Positions 35,601 through 45,053 of a stretch of DNA of 64,000 bases are shown here, piece by piece. The position numbers and the translations under genes are program-made. The notes beneath the pieces were generated by a model. It did no database searches. It had not been told where the DNA came from and saw only the letters and a program-made list of their open reading frames with translations. Within the stretch, counting starts at the first letter, position 1, and each line of letters opens with the position of its first letter. Source of the stretch: Sminthopsis crassicaudata (Eukaryota); assembly GCF_048593235.1 (NCBI RefSeq), contig NC_133622.1:246950055-247014054 (forward strand), read 5' to 3'.

Positions 35601-38600
35601 AGGAATCCATCCAACATCTCTCAAACCTTAGTCTTGTTTTACCCAGCAAGTCCACCCAAGTTTCTTCTTCATCTTTCCTGCGTTTCTTGAAAGTGAAAGA
35701 AGAAGCTCAATCTAGCTTGCTTCCATATTATCCAAGAGAATCCAGACAGCTATCTGACTTTGACAGAGGTCTACCAAAAGATGACAAAGAAAAGCCTACT
35801 ATCCCTGAACCTATTTCAGTAAGAAGTCAAAAACTTTCTCGGTCCTCTCCTAAAAGTTTAAAAGCAGAAACTGTACCAATTCCCTCTACCCATCTTGCTC
35901 TCATAGAAAGTAAATCAAAACAGTCTACTCCTTTATTTAATGCAAGTTCATCAGCTGTAGGCATAAAAGAAGTGATGTCTTTCCAGCTTTCACTAAAATC
36001 AAAGGAATCTATCCAAGATATCACAAACCTTGGTATTATTTCGATCAATAAGTCCACCCAAGTTTCTTCTTCCTCTGTCCCAAGTTCATTGAATGAGAAA
36101 ACGAAAGAAATTCTACATTTCTTGTTTCCATTTTGTCCAGTAGAATCGAGGCAATTTTCTGATATTTCTGACACTTGCCTACTAAAAGAAGAACGACAAA
36201 GGACTTCTCTCATACCTATTTCACTGAGCAAATGCACACAATTTTCTCATTCTTCTCATAAAAGTTTAACAGAAACTTTACCACTTCCCTCCACCTGTCT
36301 TGCTGTCACAGAGAGCAAATCGAAACAATCTAGTTCCTTAATTAAGTCAAGTTCATTAGTTGTAGGAATAGAAGAAGCTATGTCTTTCTCAGGGTCACTA
36401 AAATCAAAGGAATCCATCGAACATCTCTCAAACCTTAGTCTTGTTTTACTCAGCAAGTCCACCCAAGTTTCTTCTTCCTCTTTCCTAAGTTCAGTGAATG
36501 TGAAGGCAGAAGAAGCTCCATCAGTCTTGCTTTCATTTCATCCAAAAAAATCCAGGCAGCTGTCTGACTTTGACACAGGTTTACCAAAAGAAGAAACAGA
36601 AAAACCTATCATCCCTGAACCTATTTCAGTGAGCAGCCAAATAGAACTTTCCCACTCTTCTCATAAAAGTTTAACAGAAATTTTACCAGTCCCCTCTATC
36701 CATCTCCCTCTCACAGAGAGCAAATGGACACAAACTTCTTCCTTATTGGATATAAATCCATCAGGAGTAGGCATAAAAGAAGCTATATCTGTCTCAGGTT
36801 CATTAAAATCAAAGGAATCCATCCAATCTCTCTCAAACCTTAGTCTTGTTTTACTTAGCAAGTCCACCCAAGTTTCTTCTTCCTCTTTTGTAAGTTCAGT
36901 GAATGTGAACATAGAAGCCCCAGAAAGGCTTACTATCCCTGAACCTATTTCAGTGAGCAGCCAAATAGAATTTTCCCACTCCTCTCATAAAAGTTTAACA
37001 GAAATTTTACCCATTCCCTCTATCCATCTCGTTGTCACAGAGAACAAATGGACACAAACTTCTTCCTTATTGGATGTAAGGCCATCACGGATGGGTATAA
37101 AAGAAGCGATGTCTTTTACATCTGTTACGTCTGTCTCAGGTTCACTAAAATCAAAAGAATCCATCGAACATCTCTCAAACCTTAGTCTTGTTTTACTCAG
37201 CAAGTCCACCCAAGTTTCTTCTTCCTCTTTCGTAAGTTCAGTGAATGTGAACACAGAAGAAGCCCCATCTGTCTTGCTTCCACTTCATCCAAAAGAATCC
37301 AGGCAATTGTCTGATATTGACACAGGTCTATCAAAAGACGACACAGAAAAGCCTACTGTCCCTGAACCTATTTCAGTGAGCAGCCAAATACAACTCTCTC
37401 AGTCCTCTCATAAAAGTTTAACAGAGATTTTACCAGTTCCCTCTATCCATCTTGCTGTCAAGCCTACTATCTCTGAACCTATTTCAGTGAGCAGCCCAAT
37501 CCAACTATCTCAGTCCTCTCATAAAAGTTTAACGGAAGAAATTTTATCAGTTCCCTCTATCCATCTTGCTGTCAAGCCTACTATCTCTGAACCTATTTCA
37601 GTGAGCAGCCCAATCCAACTATCTCAGTCCTCTCATAAAAGTTTAACAGAAGAAATTTTACCAGTTGCCTCTATCCATCTTGCTGTCAAGCTTACTATCT
37701 CTGAACCTATTTCAGTGAGCAGCCCAATCCAACTAGCTCAGTCCTCTCATAAAAGTTTAACGGAAGAAATTTTACGAGTTCCCTCTATCCATCTTGCTGT
37801 CAAACCTACTATCTCTGAACCTATTTCAGTGAGCAGCCCAATCCAACTATCTCAGTCCTCTCATAAAAGTTTAACAGAAGAAATTTTACCAGTTCCCTCT
37901 ATCCATCTTGCTGTCAAAGAGAGCAAATGGACACAAACTACTTCCTTATTGGATGTAAGTCCATCAGGGCTAGGCACAAAAGAAGCTATATCTGTCTCAG
38001 GTTCATTAAAATCAAAGGAATCCATCCAACACATTTCAAATCTTAGTCTTGTTTTAATCAGCAAGTCCACCCAAGTTTCTTCTTCCTCTTTTGTAAGTTC
38101 AGTGAATGTGAACACAGAAGAAGCCCAAGAAAGGCTTACTATCCCTGAACCTAGTTCAGTGAGCAGCCAAATACAACTCTCTCAGTCCTCTCATAAAAGT
38201 TTAACAGAGATTTTACCAGTTCCCTCTATCCATCTTGCTGTCACACAGAGCAAATGGACACAAACTACTTCCTTATTGGATGTAAGTCCATCAGGGCTAG
38301 GCACAAAAGAAGCTATATCTGTCTCAGGTTCATTAAAATCAAAAGAATCCATCGAACATCTCTCAAACCTTAGTCTTGTTTTAGTCAGCAAGTCCACCCA
38401 AGTTTCTTCTTCCTCTTTCGTAAGTTCAGTGAATGTGAACATAGAAGAAGCCCCAGAAAGGCTTACTATCCCTGAACCTATTTCAGTGAGCAGCCAAATA
38501 CAACTCTCTCAGTCCTCTCATAAAAGTTTAACAGAGATTTTACCAGTTCCCTCTATCCATCTTGCTGTCACACAGAGCAAATGGACACAAACTACTTTCT

Positions 38601-39835
38601 TATTGGATGTAAATCCATCAGGGATAGGCATAAAAGATGTCTCAGGTTCACTAAAATCAAAGGAATCCATCCAATCTCTCTCAAACCTTAGTCTTGTTTT
38701 ACTCAGCAAGTCCACCCAAGTTTCTTCTTCCTCTTTTGTAAGTTCAGTGAATGTGAACATAGAAGAAGCACCAGAAAGGGGGTCTCATAAAAGTTTAACT
38801 GAAGAAATTTTACCAGTTCCCTCTATTCATCTTGTCACAGAGAGCAAATGGACACAAACTACTTCCTTATTGGATGTAAGTCCATCAGGGATACATATAA
38901 AAGAAGCTATATCTGTCTCAGGTTCACTAAAATCAAAAGAATCCATCGAACATCTCTCAAACCTTAGTCTTGTTTTACTCAGCAAGTCCACCCAAGTTTC
39001 TTCTTCCTCTTTCGTAAGTTCAGTGAATGTGAGCACAGAAGAACCTCTATCTGTTTTGCTTCCATTTCATCCAAAAGAATCCAGGCAGCTGTCTGATATT
39101 GACACAGGTCTACCAAAAGGAGACACAGAAGGGCTTACTATCCCTGAACCTATTTCAGTGAGCAGTCAAATACAACTTACTCATTCCTCTCATAAAAGTT
39201 TAACAGAAGAAATTTTACCAGTTCCCTCTACCCATCTTGCTGTCACAGAGAGTAAATCAAAACAATGTACTCCTTTATTTGATGCTAGCTCATCAGCTGT
39301 AGGGATAAAAGAAGTGATGTCTTTTCAACTTTCACTAAAATCAAAGGAATCTATCCAAGATATCTCAAACCTTGGTATTATTTCAATCAATAAATCCACC
39401 CAGGTTTCTTCTTCCTCTGTCCCAAGTTTATTGAATGAGAAAACGAAAGAAATTCTACATTTCTTGTTTCCATTTTGTCCAATAGAATCCAGGCAATTTT
39501 CTGATAGCTCTGACACTTGTCTACTAAAAGAAGAACGACAAAGGACTTCTCTTGTACCTATTTCACTGACTGAATGCACACAATTTTCTCACTCTGACAA
39601 AAATTCATCAATAGAAACTTTACCAGTTAGCTCCACCCACCTTGATATCACAGAGAGCAAATCAAAACAATCTACTACCTCACTTGAGGCAAGTTCTTTA
39701 GTTGTAGGAATAGAAGAAGTTAAGTCTTTTCCAGATCCACTGAAATCAAGAGAATCCACACAACTTCTCTCAAACCTTGGTATTATTTTAGTCAATAAGT
39801 CCACTCAAGTTTCTTTCTCTTCTGACTCAAATTAA
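32612..39835 (+). CDS. Second giant ORF (2,371 aa from ATG 32720), same frame and repeat family as the MS4A14 tail; probable continuation
   Basis: No stop for 7.2 kb. Same frame as 22580-32581, separated by TAA at 32579, 32600 and 32609. All unit-length differences are multiples of 3. Confidence 0.6.
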   Translation, partial: KFNNGNFTSSFHPPCCHKEHIYFVDVSSATINTEEAMSFSGQHKSQKSIQDHASLGILSVNKSTQVSSSSVPSSLNESTKEILNFLFPFCPTESRQFSDSSDTCLPKDDSQKPPNFGTLSVSSCTQLSHSSHKSLTTESLPVSSADLAVIQSKWTQTTSSLDKSPSGVDIKERIPFSGSLKSRESIQHLSNLGDDVVNKSTQVSSSSFLSSVNVNRKEAPSVLLPFHPTESKDLSNFDTDLPKEDTERLTIPEPISVSSQIQLSQSSHKSLTEILTVPSTDIAVKENKWTQITSSLDVSPSGVGIKEAMSISGSLKSKESIQHLSNLSLVLPSKSTQVSSSSFVSSVNVNIEEAPERLTIPKPSSVSSQIQLSQSSQKSLTEILPVPSIHLALTENKWTQITSSLDVSPSGVGIKETMSVSGSLKSKESIQHLSNLSLVLPSKSTQVSSSSFVSSVNVNTEAAPERLTIPKPISVSSQIQLSQSSHKSLTEILPVPSIHLAVKESKWTQITSSLDVSPSGVGIKETMSVSGSLKSKESIQHLSNLSLVLPSKSTQVSSSSFVSSVNVNTEEAQERLTIPEPSSVSSQIQLSQSSHKSLTEILPVPSIHLALTENKWTQTTSLLDVSPSGVHIKEALSVSGSLKSKESIQHLSNLSLVLVSKSTQVSSSSFVSSVNVNTEDQESLTIPEPISVSSQMQLSQSPHKSLTEILPVSSTDIAVSQSKWTQTTSLLDVSSSGVGIKEATSFTSVTSVSGSLKSKESIEHLSNLSLVLVSKSTQVSSSSFVSSVNVSTEEAQERLTISEPISVSSQIQLSHSSHKSLTEILPVRESKWTQTTSLLDVRPSEVGIKEAMSDSVSLKSKESIQSLSNHSLVLLSKSTQVSSSSFVSSVNVNTEAAPSVLLPFHPKESRQLSGFETGLPKEEIQKPTIPEPISVSSQIQLSQSSHKSLTEEILPVPSTHLAITERKMTQSTSSLDISPSGVGIKEALSVSGSLKSKESIQHLSNLSLVLPSKSTQVSSSSFLRFLKVKEEAQSSLLPYYPRESRQLSDFDRGLPKDDKEKPTIPEPISVRSQKLSRSSPKSLKAETVPIPSTHLALIESKSKQSTPLFNASSSAVGIKEVMSFQLSLKSKESIQDITNLGIISINKSTQVSSSSVPSSLNEKTKEILHFLFPFCPVESRQFSDISDTCLLKEERQRTSLIPISLSKCTQFSHSSHKSLTETLPLPSTCLAVTESKSKQSSSLIKSSSLVVGIEEAMSFSGSLKSKESIEHLSNLSLVLLSKSTQVSSSSFLSSVNVKAEEAPSVLLSFHPKKSRQLSDFDTGLPKEETEKPIIPEPISVSSQIELSHSSHKSLTEILPVPSIHLPLTESKWTQTSSLLDINPSGVGIKEAISVSGSLKSKESIQSLSNLSLVLLSKSTQVSSSSFVSSVNVNIEAPERLTIPEPISVSSQIEFSHSSHKSLTEILPIPSIHLVVTENKWTQTSSLLDVRPSRMGIKEAMSFTSVTSVSGSLKSKESIEHLSNLSLVLLSKSTQVSSSSFVSSVNVNTEEAPSVLLPLHPKESRQLSDIDTGLSKDDTEKPTVPEPISVSSQIQLSQSSHKSLTEILPVPSIHLAVKPTISEPISVSSPIQLSQSSHKSLTEEILSVPSIHLAVKPTISEPISVSSPIQLSQSSHKSLTEEILPVASIHLAVKLTISEPISVSSPIQLAQSSHKSLTEEILRVPSIHLAVKPTISEPISVSSPIQLSQSSHKSLTEEILPVPSIHLAVKESKWTQTTSLLDVSPSGLGTKEAISVSGSLKSKESIQHISNLSLVLISKSTQVSSSSFVSSVNVNTEEAQERLTIPEPSSVSSQIQLSQSSHKSLTEILPVPSIHLAVTQSKWTQTTSLLDVSPSGLGTKEAISVSGSLKSKESIEHLSNLSLVLVSKSTQVSSSSFVSSVNVNIEEAPERLTIPEPISVSSQIQLSQSSHKSLTEILPVPSIHLAVTQSKWTQTTFLLDVNPSGIGIKDVSGSLKSKESIQSLSNLSLVLLSKSTQVSSSSFVSSVNVNIEEAPERGSHKSLTEEILPVPSIHLVTESKWTQTTSLLDVSPSGIHIKEAISVSGSLKSKESIEHLSNLSLVLLSKSTQVSSSSFVSSVNVSTEEPLSVLLPFHPKESRQLSDIDTGLPKGDTEGLTIPEPISVSSQIQLTHSSHKSLTEEILPVPSTHLAVTESKSKQCTPLFDASSSAVGIKEVMSFQLSLKSKESIQDISNLGIISINKSTQVSSSSVPSLLNEKTKEILHFLFPFCPIESRQFSDSSDTCLLKEERQRTSLVPISLTECTQFSHSDKNSSIETLPVSSTHLDITESKSKQSTTSLEASSLVVGIEEVKSFPDPLKSRESTQLLSNLGIILVNKSTQVSFSSDSN
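33040..39420 (+). repeat. Coding tandem array of 327-nt (109-aa) and 405/408-nt (135/136-aa) units
   Basis: The aagtccacccaag anchor falls at 33206, 33611, 33938, 34265, 34592, 34934, 35240, 35648 ... 38063, 38390, 38708 and 38984. Confidence 0.95.
37460..37915 (+). repeat. Nested tandem of four 114-nt (38-aa) subunits
   Basis: KPTISEPISVSSPIQLSQSSHKSLTEEILxVPSIHLAV starts at 37460, 37574, 37688 and 37802. Confidence 0.95.
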
Positions 39836-39839
39836 TAAA
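39834..39839 (+). terminator. Candidate poly(A) signal overlapping the ORF2 stop
   Basis: AAT TAA TAA AG contains AATAAA, with ttgtttgt about 20 nt downstream. Confidence 0.35.
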
Positions 39840-42800
39840 GCCTTTGTGTACAAAGGCTTGTTTGTATACAGGAACTTGCATCTTTTAATGTTCTAATTTT
39901 ATCAAAAGAATCCTTATGTTTTCCTGTTTCTTCTGAAATATATTCAAGAGAAACAGGACATGTTCCGTTGTAAGTATTTTGCTACCTATAGTTACTCCAG
40001 TAACTACAGTTATCAAATCTATACAAGTTCTTTCCTTCCCTGACCTAAATTCATTAACCTTGAAGTTTTGTGTTTTTTTTTTCCAGTTCCACTTTCATCA
40101 AGGAAATCTATTCCAAATCTCTCAAACATTGATGTTCTTTCAGTCAGCAAGTCCACCCAGTTTTCTACTCTCCTCTGGGCAAAGTTCACCAGTCATATTC
40201 ACACAAGAAATTTCACCTTTCTGAGTTCCAGTGTCATTAAAAGAAACCACAGATATTGCTACTTTCTCTGAAACAAATTTAACAAGAGATGTTCCACAAA
40301 TTCTAACATGTTTTTACAATTACCAAGTCCACATAAGTTCCTTCTTTCTCTGACTCAAGATTATCAACTGTATGCAAAGAAGTCATGTCTTTCCCAGGTT
40401 CATTTTTATCAAGAGAATCTGTTCAACTTCCTTCATACTTTGTCACTATTTTAGTCAAGTCCACTCAATTCCTTTCCTTCTCTGACCTGAACTCAGGAAG
40501 CATAGACACAAGAAATTCCATCTTTCCAAGTCCCATGCTCCTGCTTTCTCTGAAACAAATTTATCCACTTTAAGTTTCCTCTCCTTACTGTGCTTTTGCA
40601 GTGACAATGTACATACAAGTTCTTTCTTTTTCTGACGCAAGATTATTAGTTGAATGCACAAAAGTTCTCTTTTTCCAGGTTCACTTTCATCAAGGGGATT
40701 CATAGAACATCCCTTTTCCTTATGTTATTTCAGTCAACAAGTCCACCCAATTTCCTACTTTCTCTGACTCAATTTTTTGAAGCACAACATATAAGAACTT
40801 ACATCTTTCCAAGTTACAGATTCTCCAAATGAATCTATGTTCCTGATTTCTCTGAAACAAATTCCTCAAGAATCACTCCCCAGATACCCCAGATATCTAT
40901 CATGCTACTAGATCGACACAAGTTTCTTCTCGTTCATCAGTAGCATGAGAAGAAGTTATGTCTTTTCCAAGACTACTTTGATCAAGGAAATCCATAAGCC
41001 ACCACAATTACCTTCTTTCTCTAATCCAAATTCATTGAATGTGAATAAGAAGAAATTACATATTTTTGCTTCCATTTTATTCAATAGAATCCAGGCAATT
41101 TTCTGATTTTCCTGGCAAAAGTTTACCAAGAGAAGACATGCAAATGCCTGAAATCCTTGGACCTATTTCAGTGAACAAATGCAGTTTCTTGATTTGACTG
41201 ATGGACATTTACCAAAAGAAACTGTACAAGCTGTATCTTCCATGCAAAATGACACAAGTTCTATCTTTCACTGATCCAAGTTTACTACCTGTATTCCTAG
41301 AAGTTGTTTTGTCTTTCTCAGGTTCATTTTTATCAAGAGAATCCATACAATATCCCTCAAACATTGATATTATTTCAGTTTCTAAGTCCACTGTTTCCTA
41401 CTTTTTCTGACCCAACTTTATCATGCATATGTATACAAAATGTTCTAACCTTCCACGTTTCAGATTTTTCAAAAGAATCCATGCATGTTTCTATTTTCTC
41501 CAAAATTCATCAGGAAAAGCTATAGAAGTTTCCTCTATCATCTCTTACAGTGACCAAATCCACACAAGTTCCTTTTTTCTCTCACACAAGTTCATCAACA
41601 GTATATGTAGAAGAAGTCATGTCTTTCCTAGATCTGCTTTCTTCAAGGGAATCCAAAAAACATCCTTCAACATCTCACATTCAAATTTTCTCTATCCTTG
41701 GACCTAAGCAAATGCACAGTTTTGTCACTATTCTGATAAAAGTTTACCAACAGAAACTTTATATATTCCTTCTACCTATCTTGCTGTTACAGTGAGCAAA
41801 TTTATACAGCCTACTTCTCTGATGCAAGTTCAAAATCTAGTTATAACTTCCAGGTCTATTTTTGTCAAATGAATCCATATGAAGTCTCTCAAACTTGGGT
41901 GGTATATCAGGAAGTTCACCCAATTTCCTCCTTTCTCTGACCCAATTTCATTGAGAGTGAATAAAGGACTTCTATGTTAGTTTCATCAAGAGGATCCGTA
42001 TAAGATTCTGTTACCTCTGATATTAATTCATCAAAAAATAAATGCAAATTTCTTCTACCAACAATAATATTATGGTGAACAAATCCTGCATAAAATTTTT
42101 CCATCACATTCATTGTAATATGCATAGAATTTCCAACTTCCCCTGGTCCTTTATCATCAAAAGAATATCTACTGGTTCCATCTGCTATGGACTCTGTTTC
42201 AATGAGTAAATATATTCTGTCTGGCCCAAATATACTAAATATATTTGCAAAAGACACTCTATCCTTTAGATCAACTTTATCAACAGAATACAAGTTACTG
42301 ATATCTGACATGTTCAAGTTATACAACTTCCTTCTACTTACCACACTATTTCTATAAGCAAATCCTATAAGTTCCTGCTTTCTCTGATCAAGGTTTATCA
42401 ACTATCTGCTCAGAAGTAATGTCTTTCCCAGATCCACTTTCATCAAAAGAATACATGCAAGGTCGTTATTTGTGCAATACAAGTTCACCAAGAGAAATTA
42501 CACAAGTTCCTTTTTCTTTGGAGATAATTTCAGTGAATAAGTGTACATGATGTTTTTTTCCTCCTCTGACCTAACACAATCAAGCATGTGCATAAAAGAA
42601 ATTCTACCTTTCCCATGTTCAGTTCCATGGAAAGATTCTATACAATCCTGTTTTCTCTGATGCCAGTTTACCCAATTTATCCAGGGGTGTTCTACTACAC
42701 ACTACTTACTCTCTGCTATTTCTGTGAACAAGTCAACATGAGAAGTTTGCTGTTTGCCTAAGAAGTTCAACTATATGCAAAAAAAAAAAAATGTTTTTCC

Positions 42801-44690
42801 TTTCTCAATTTCAAATTTATCAAGAGAATCTATACAAATTCCTGATGGCCTCTGTTACAAGTTTGCTAAGAAAACTGGTTTAAGGTCCCTCTACATCTAG
42901 CATTGTTCCAACAGGAAATTCTGTGCAAGTTACCACTTCTGCGGAACCATGTACAGTCAACAAATCTAACCAATTTTCTCCTTTCTCTGGCCTAAGTTCA
43001 GTGAGAAAATCAATGCAAGTTCCTTCTTTCTCTGACCCACATTCATCAAGCAAATGTACAGAAATTCTGCCTTTCTCAGGTCCAGTTTCATCAAAGAAAT
43101 TCAATTAACTTATTTCAGCGAAGGAAGATCACCAAAAAAAATTGAATCATACAAATTCTCTTTCTGATGAGCAGTTCCACCTCCTCGATTATATGCATCC
43201 AATGGATTTCAACAAATTTCATCTTTCTCTAGCCTTTCAGTGAGCAAATCTACAGCTGCCTTTTCCTCTGATCCAAGTTCTACAAGAAAATGCAAAAGAT
43301 GTCTATTTCATCCAATTTCATCAAAAGAAAACACAGATCAAAAGATTCCAGAATTCTGAGACAAATTTGCCAAGAGAATCTTTAAGATTTACCTTCCTGT
43401 ACTGACATTATTTTACAAGGTGGGGATCTTCAAGTTCTTCCTCCTTCTGTCTACATATGTTATATAAGCCTGCCCAATTTTAGTCTCCTCTTTCTCTAAT
43501 TTCAGCTGCCAAATTCATACAAGTTTCTTCTCTGCCTCAAGAGCATCAAGTGATCATATGTAATTTTCATCTTCCTTAGGCCAGGTTCAAGAGAATCCTT
43601 ACAAAATCCTTTTATCATAGCTCAAGTTGACCAAGATAAACCATACTAATTCTCTCTACTTTCAATCTCAATTTCAGAGAGCCAAAGTTTATCCAAATTA
43701 ACATCCAATTTTCATCTTATGGTCAGCATTAAGAAAACCCATAAAAATGATTTCTCTCTCCAACTCAAGTCTATCAAGAAAACCCTGGCCAGCTCTCTCT
43801 AACTATGGCACAATTTCATACAGCAAATCTACGAAAGTTTTTTTTTGTTGTTGTTCTCTATCCAAAGTCATTCAACATACAGAATTTCCATCTTCCTTAA
43901 TGTCAGTATCAAGAGAATCCATGCAAAGTTCTACCTGTATCTTAATTGCACAAAGAGAATCTATATCTCAAAATCTAAAACAATGAAGGGGGCAAATTTG
44001 TTCAAGTTCATCCTTCTGCTACTCCTAAGTTCAAGAAGCAAATACATCCATATTTCACCTTTTGATGGCTTAATTTTAGCAAAAATCCATATGCAAATTC
44101 CTTTGTTTGACCAAAGTCCACCTAGTTATTCCATAACAAGCAGCCATTCAGAAAGATTCCTTGTAAGTTCCTCTTCCTCAGAGTCAAGTTTACCAAGAAA
44201 ATCCATATAAAGTGTCTGCTTTCTCCAGATCAAGTTCAACAAAAGAATCCATGGAATTTATCTCTTTCTCCAGGCCATTTTTAGGAAGCACATTCCTGTC
44301 AATTCTGTCTGTCTTTAGCTCCAGTTTACCTTGTAGATGTAGAGAAGTTCTATTCTTCAAGCCTGTGTGAAGAGATTCCATGCAGGTTCTGATTTTCTCT
44401 AGATCAAGATCAATCAAAAAATTCCTTCAAGCCCTCACCTTCTCCTGCCCAAACTCAAAAAAAAATGCATTCAAGTTGTATTTTTTTCTAAAATCAGCTC
44501 AATGAAAAAAATCACTCCCCAAGAAAAGACTGCCCCACATTTCTTCCTCATGTAATCCTTTCTTCCAAGCCACCTCTCCAAGAAATCTATCCTGATCTCT
44601 CCAATTAGAAATGCTCCCTCCCTTCTCCTTAAATCTCTGATATTCTTTTGGGACATATATGAATTAGCCAAGGCCTCCTCAATATACAAT
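39836..44690 (+). pseudogene. Degenerate, stop- and frameshift-riddled remnants of the same repeat family
   Basis: Recurrent remnants such as caagtccaccc, tcaagagaatcc, gtctttccca and atttcagtgaaca. Short peptides like SFPGSFLSRESVQLPSYFVTILVKSTQF occur in shifting frames. Confidence 0.8.
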
Positions 44691-44692
44691 TA

Positions 44693-44966
44693 TTTGCAAG
44701 GGTAATATTGAATTGGCTTAAAGTAAGGTGACAAACAGCAACATAGTTGGAGATACTGACTCATGAAGACCTGAGATGTTTTTCCACCCAAGAAGTCATT
44801 CAGCTAGATTGCAAATTGGTGGGGGTGGATTTGCAAGGGTAATATTAAATTGGCTTAAAGTAAGGTGACAAACAGTAACATAGTTGGAGATACTGACTCA
44901 TGAAGACCTGAGATTTCTTTCACCCAACAAGTCATTCAGCTGGATTGTAAATTGTCGGGGATGGGG
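44693..44966 (+). repeat. Direct tandem duplication, 137-nt period, 2 copies
   Basis: tttgcaagggtaatatt...gtcattcagct starts at 44693 and 44830; the copies are near-identical. Confidence 0.92.
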
Positions 44967-45047
44967 GAAAGGAAGAGATATGTGTGAATTCTTCCTACAC
45001 CATTAATAAGATTTATGTGGTACAAAATCATCAATGGCTTATATCTC

Positions 45048-45053
45048 AATAAA
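45048..45053 (+). terminator. Candidate distal poly(A) signal
   Basis: AATAAA followed ~25-40 nt later by a T/GT-rich tract (atttttaatttgtgttattt). It lies at the end of the TE-free block. Confidence 0.45.

Noticed and set aside
33412-39036. Repeated minus-strand ORFs MFTFTELTKEEEETWVDLL...
   Set aside because: They simply mirror the 327-nt + strand repeat. They are short, broken between units, and their indels preserve only the + frame.
33200-39420. Regularly spaced direct repeats suggestive of a CRISPR array
   Set aside because: Eukaryotic context. The whole unit repeats with no unique spacers, and it is protein-coding.
22580-39835. Annotating the giant ORFs as a stand-alone secreted mucin (MUC) gene
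   Set aside because: There is no signal peptide and no VWD, SEA or cystine-knot domain. The ORF begins at a splice acceptor, in phase with the upstream MS4A exons, and carries the MS4A14 signature.
41916-42401. 161-aa minus-strand ORF in the decayed repeat zone
   Set aside because: Antisense of degenerate repeat sequence, with no recognisable domain or splice context.
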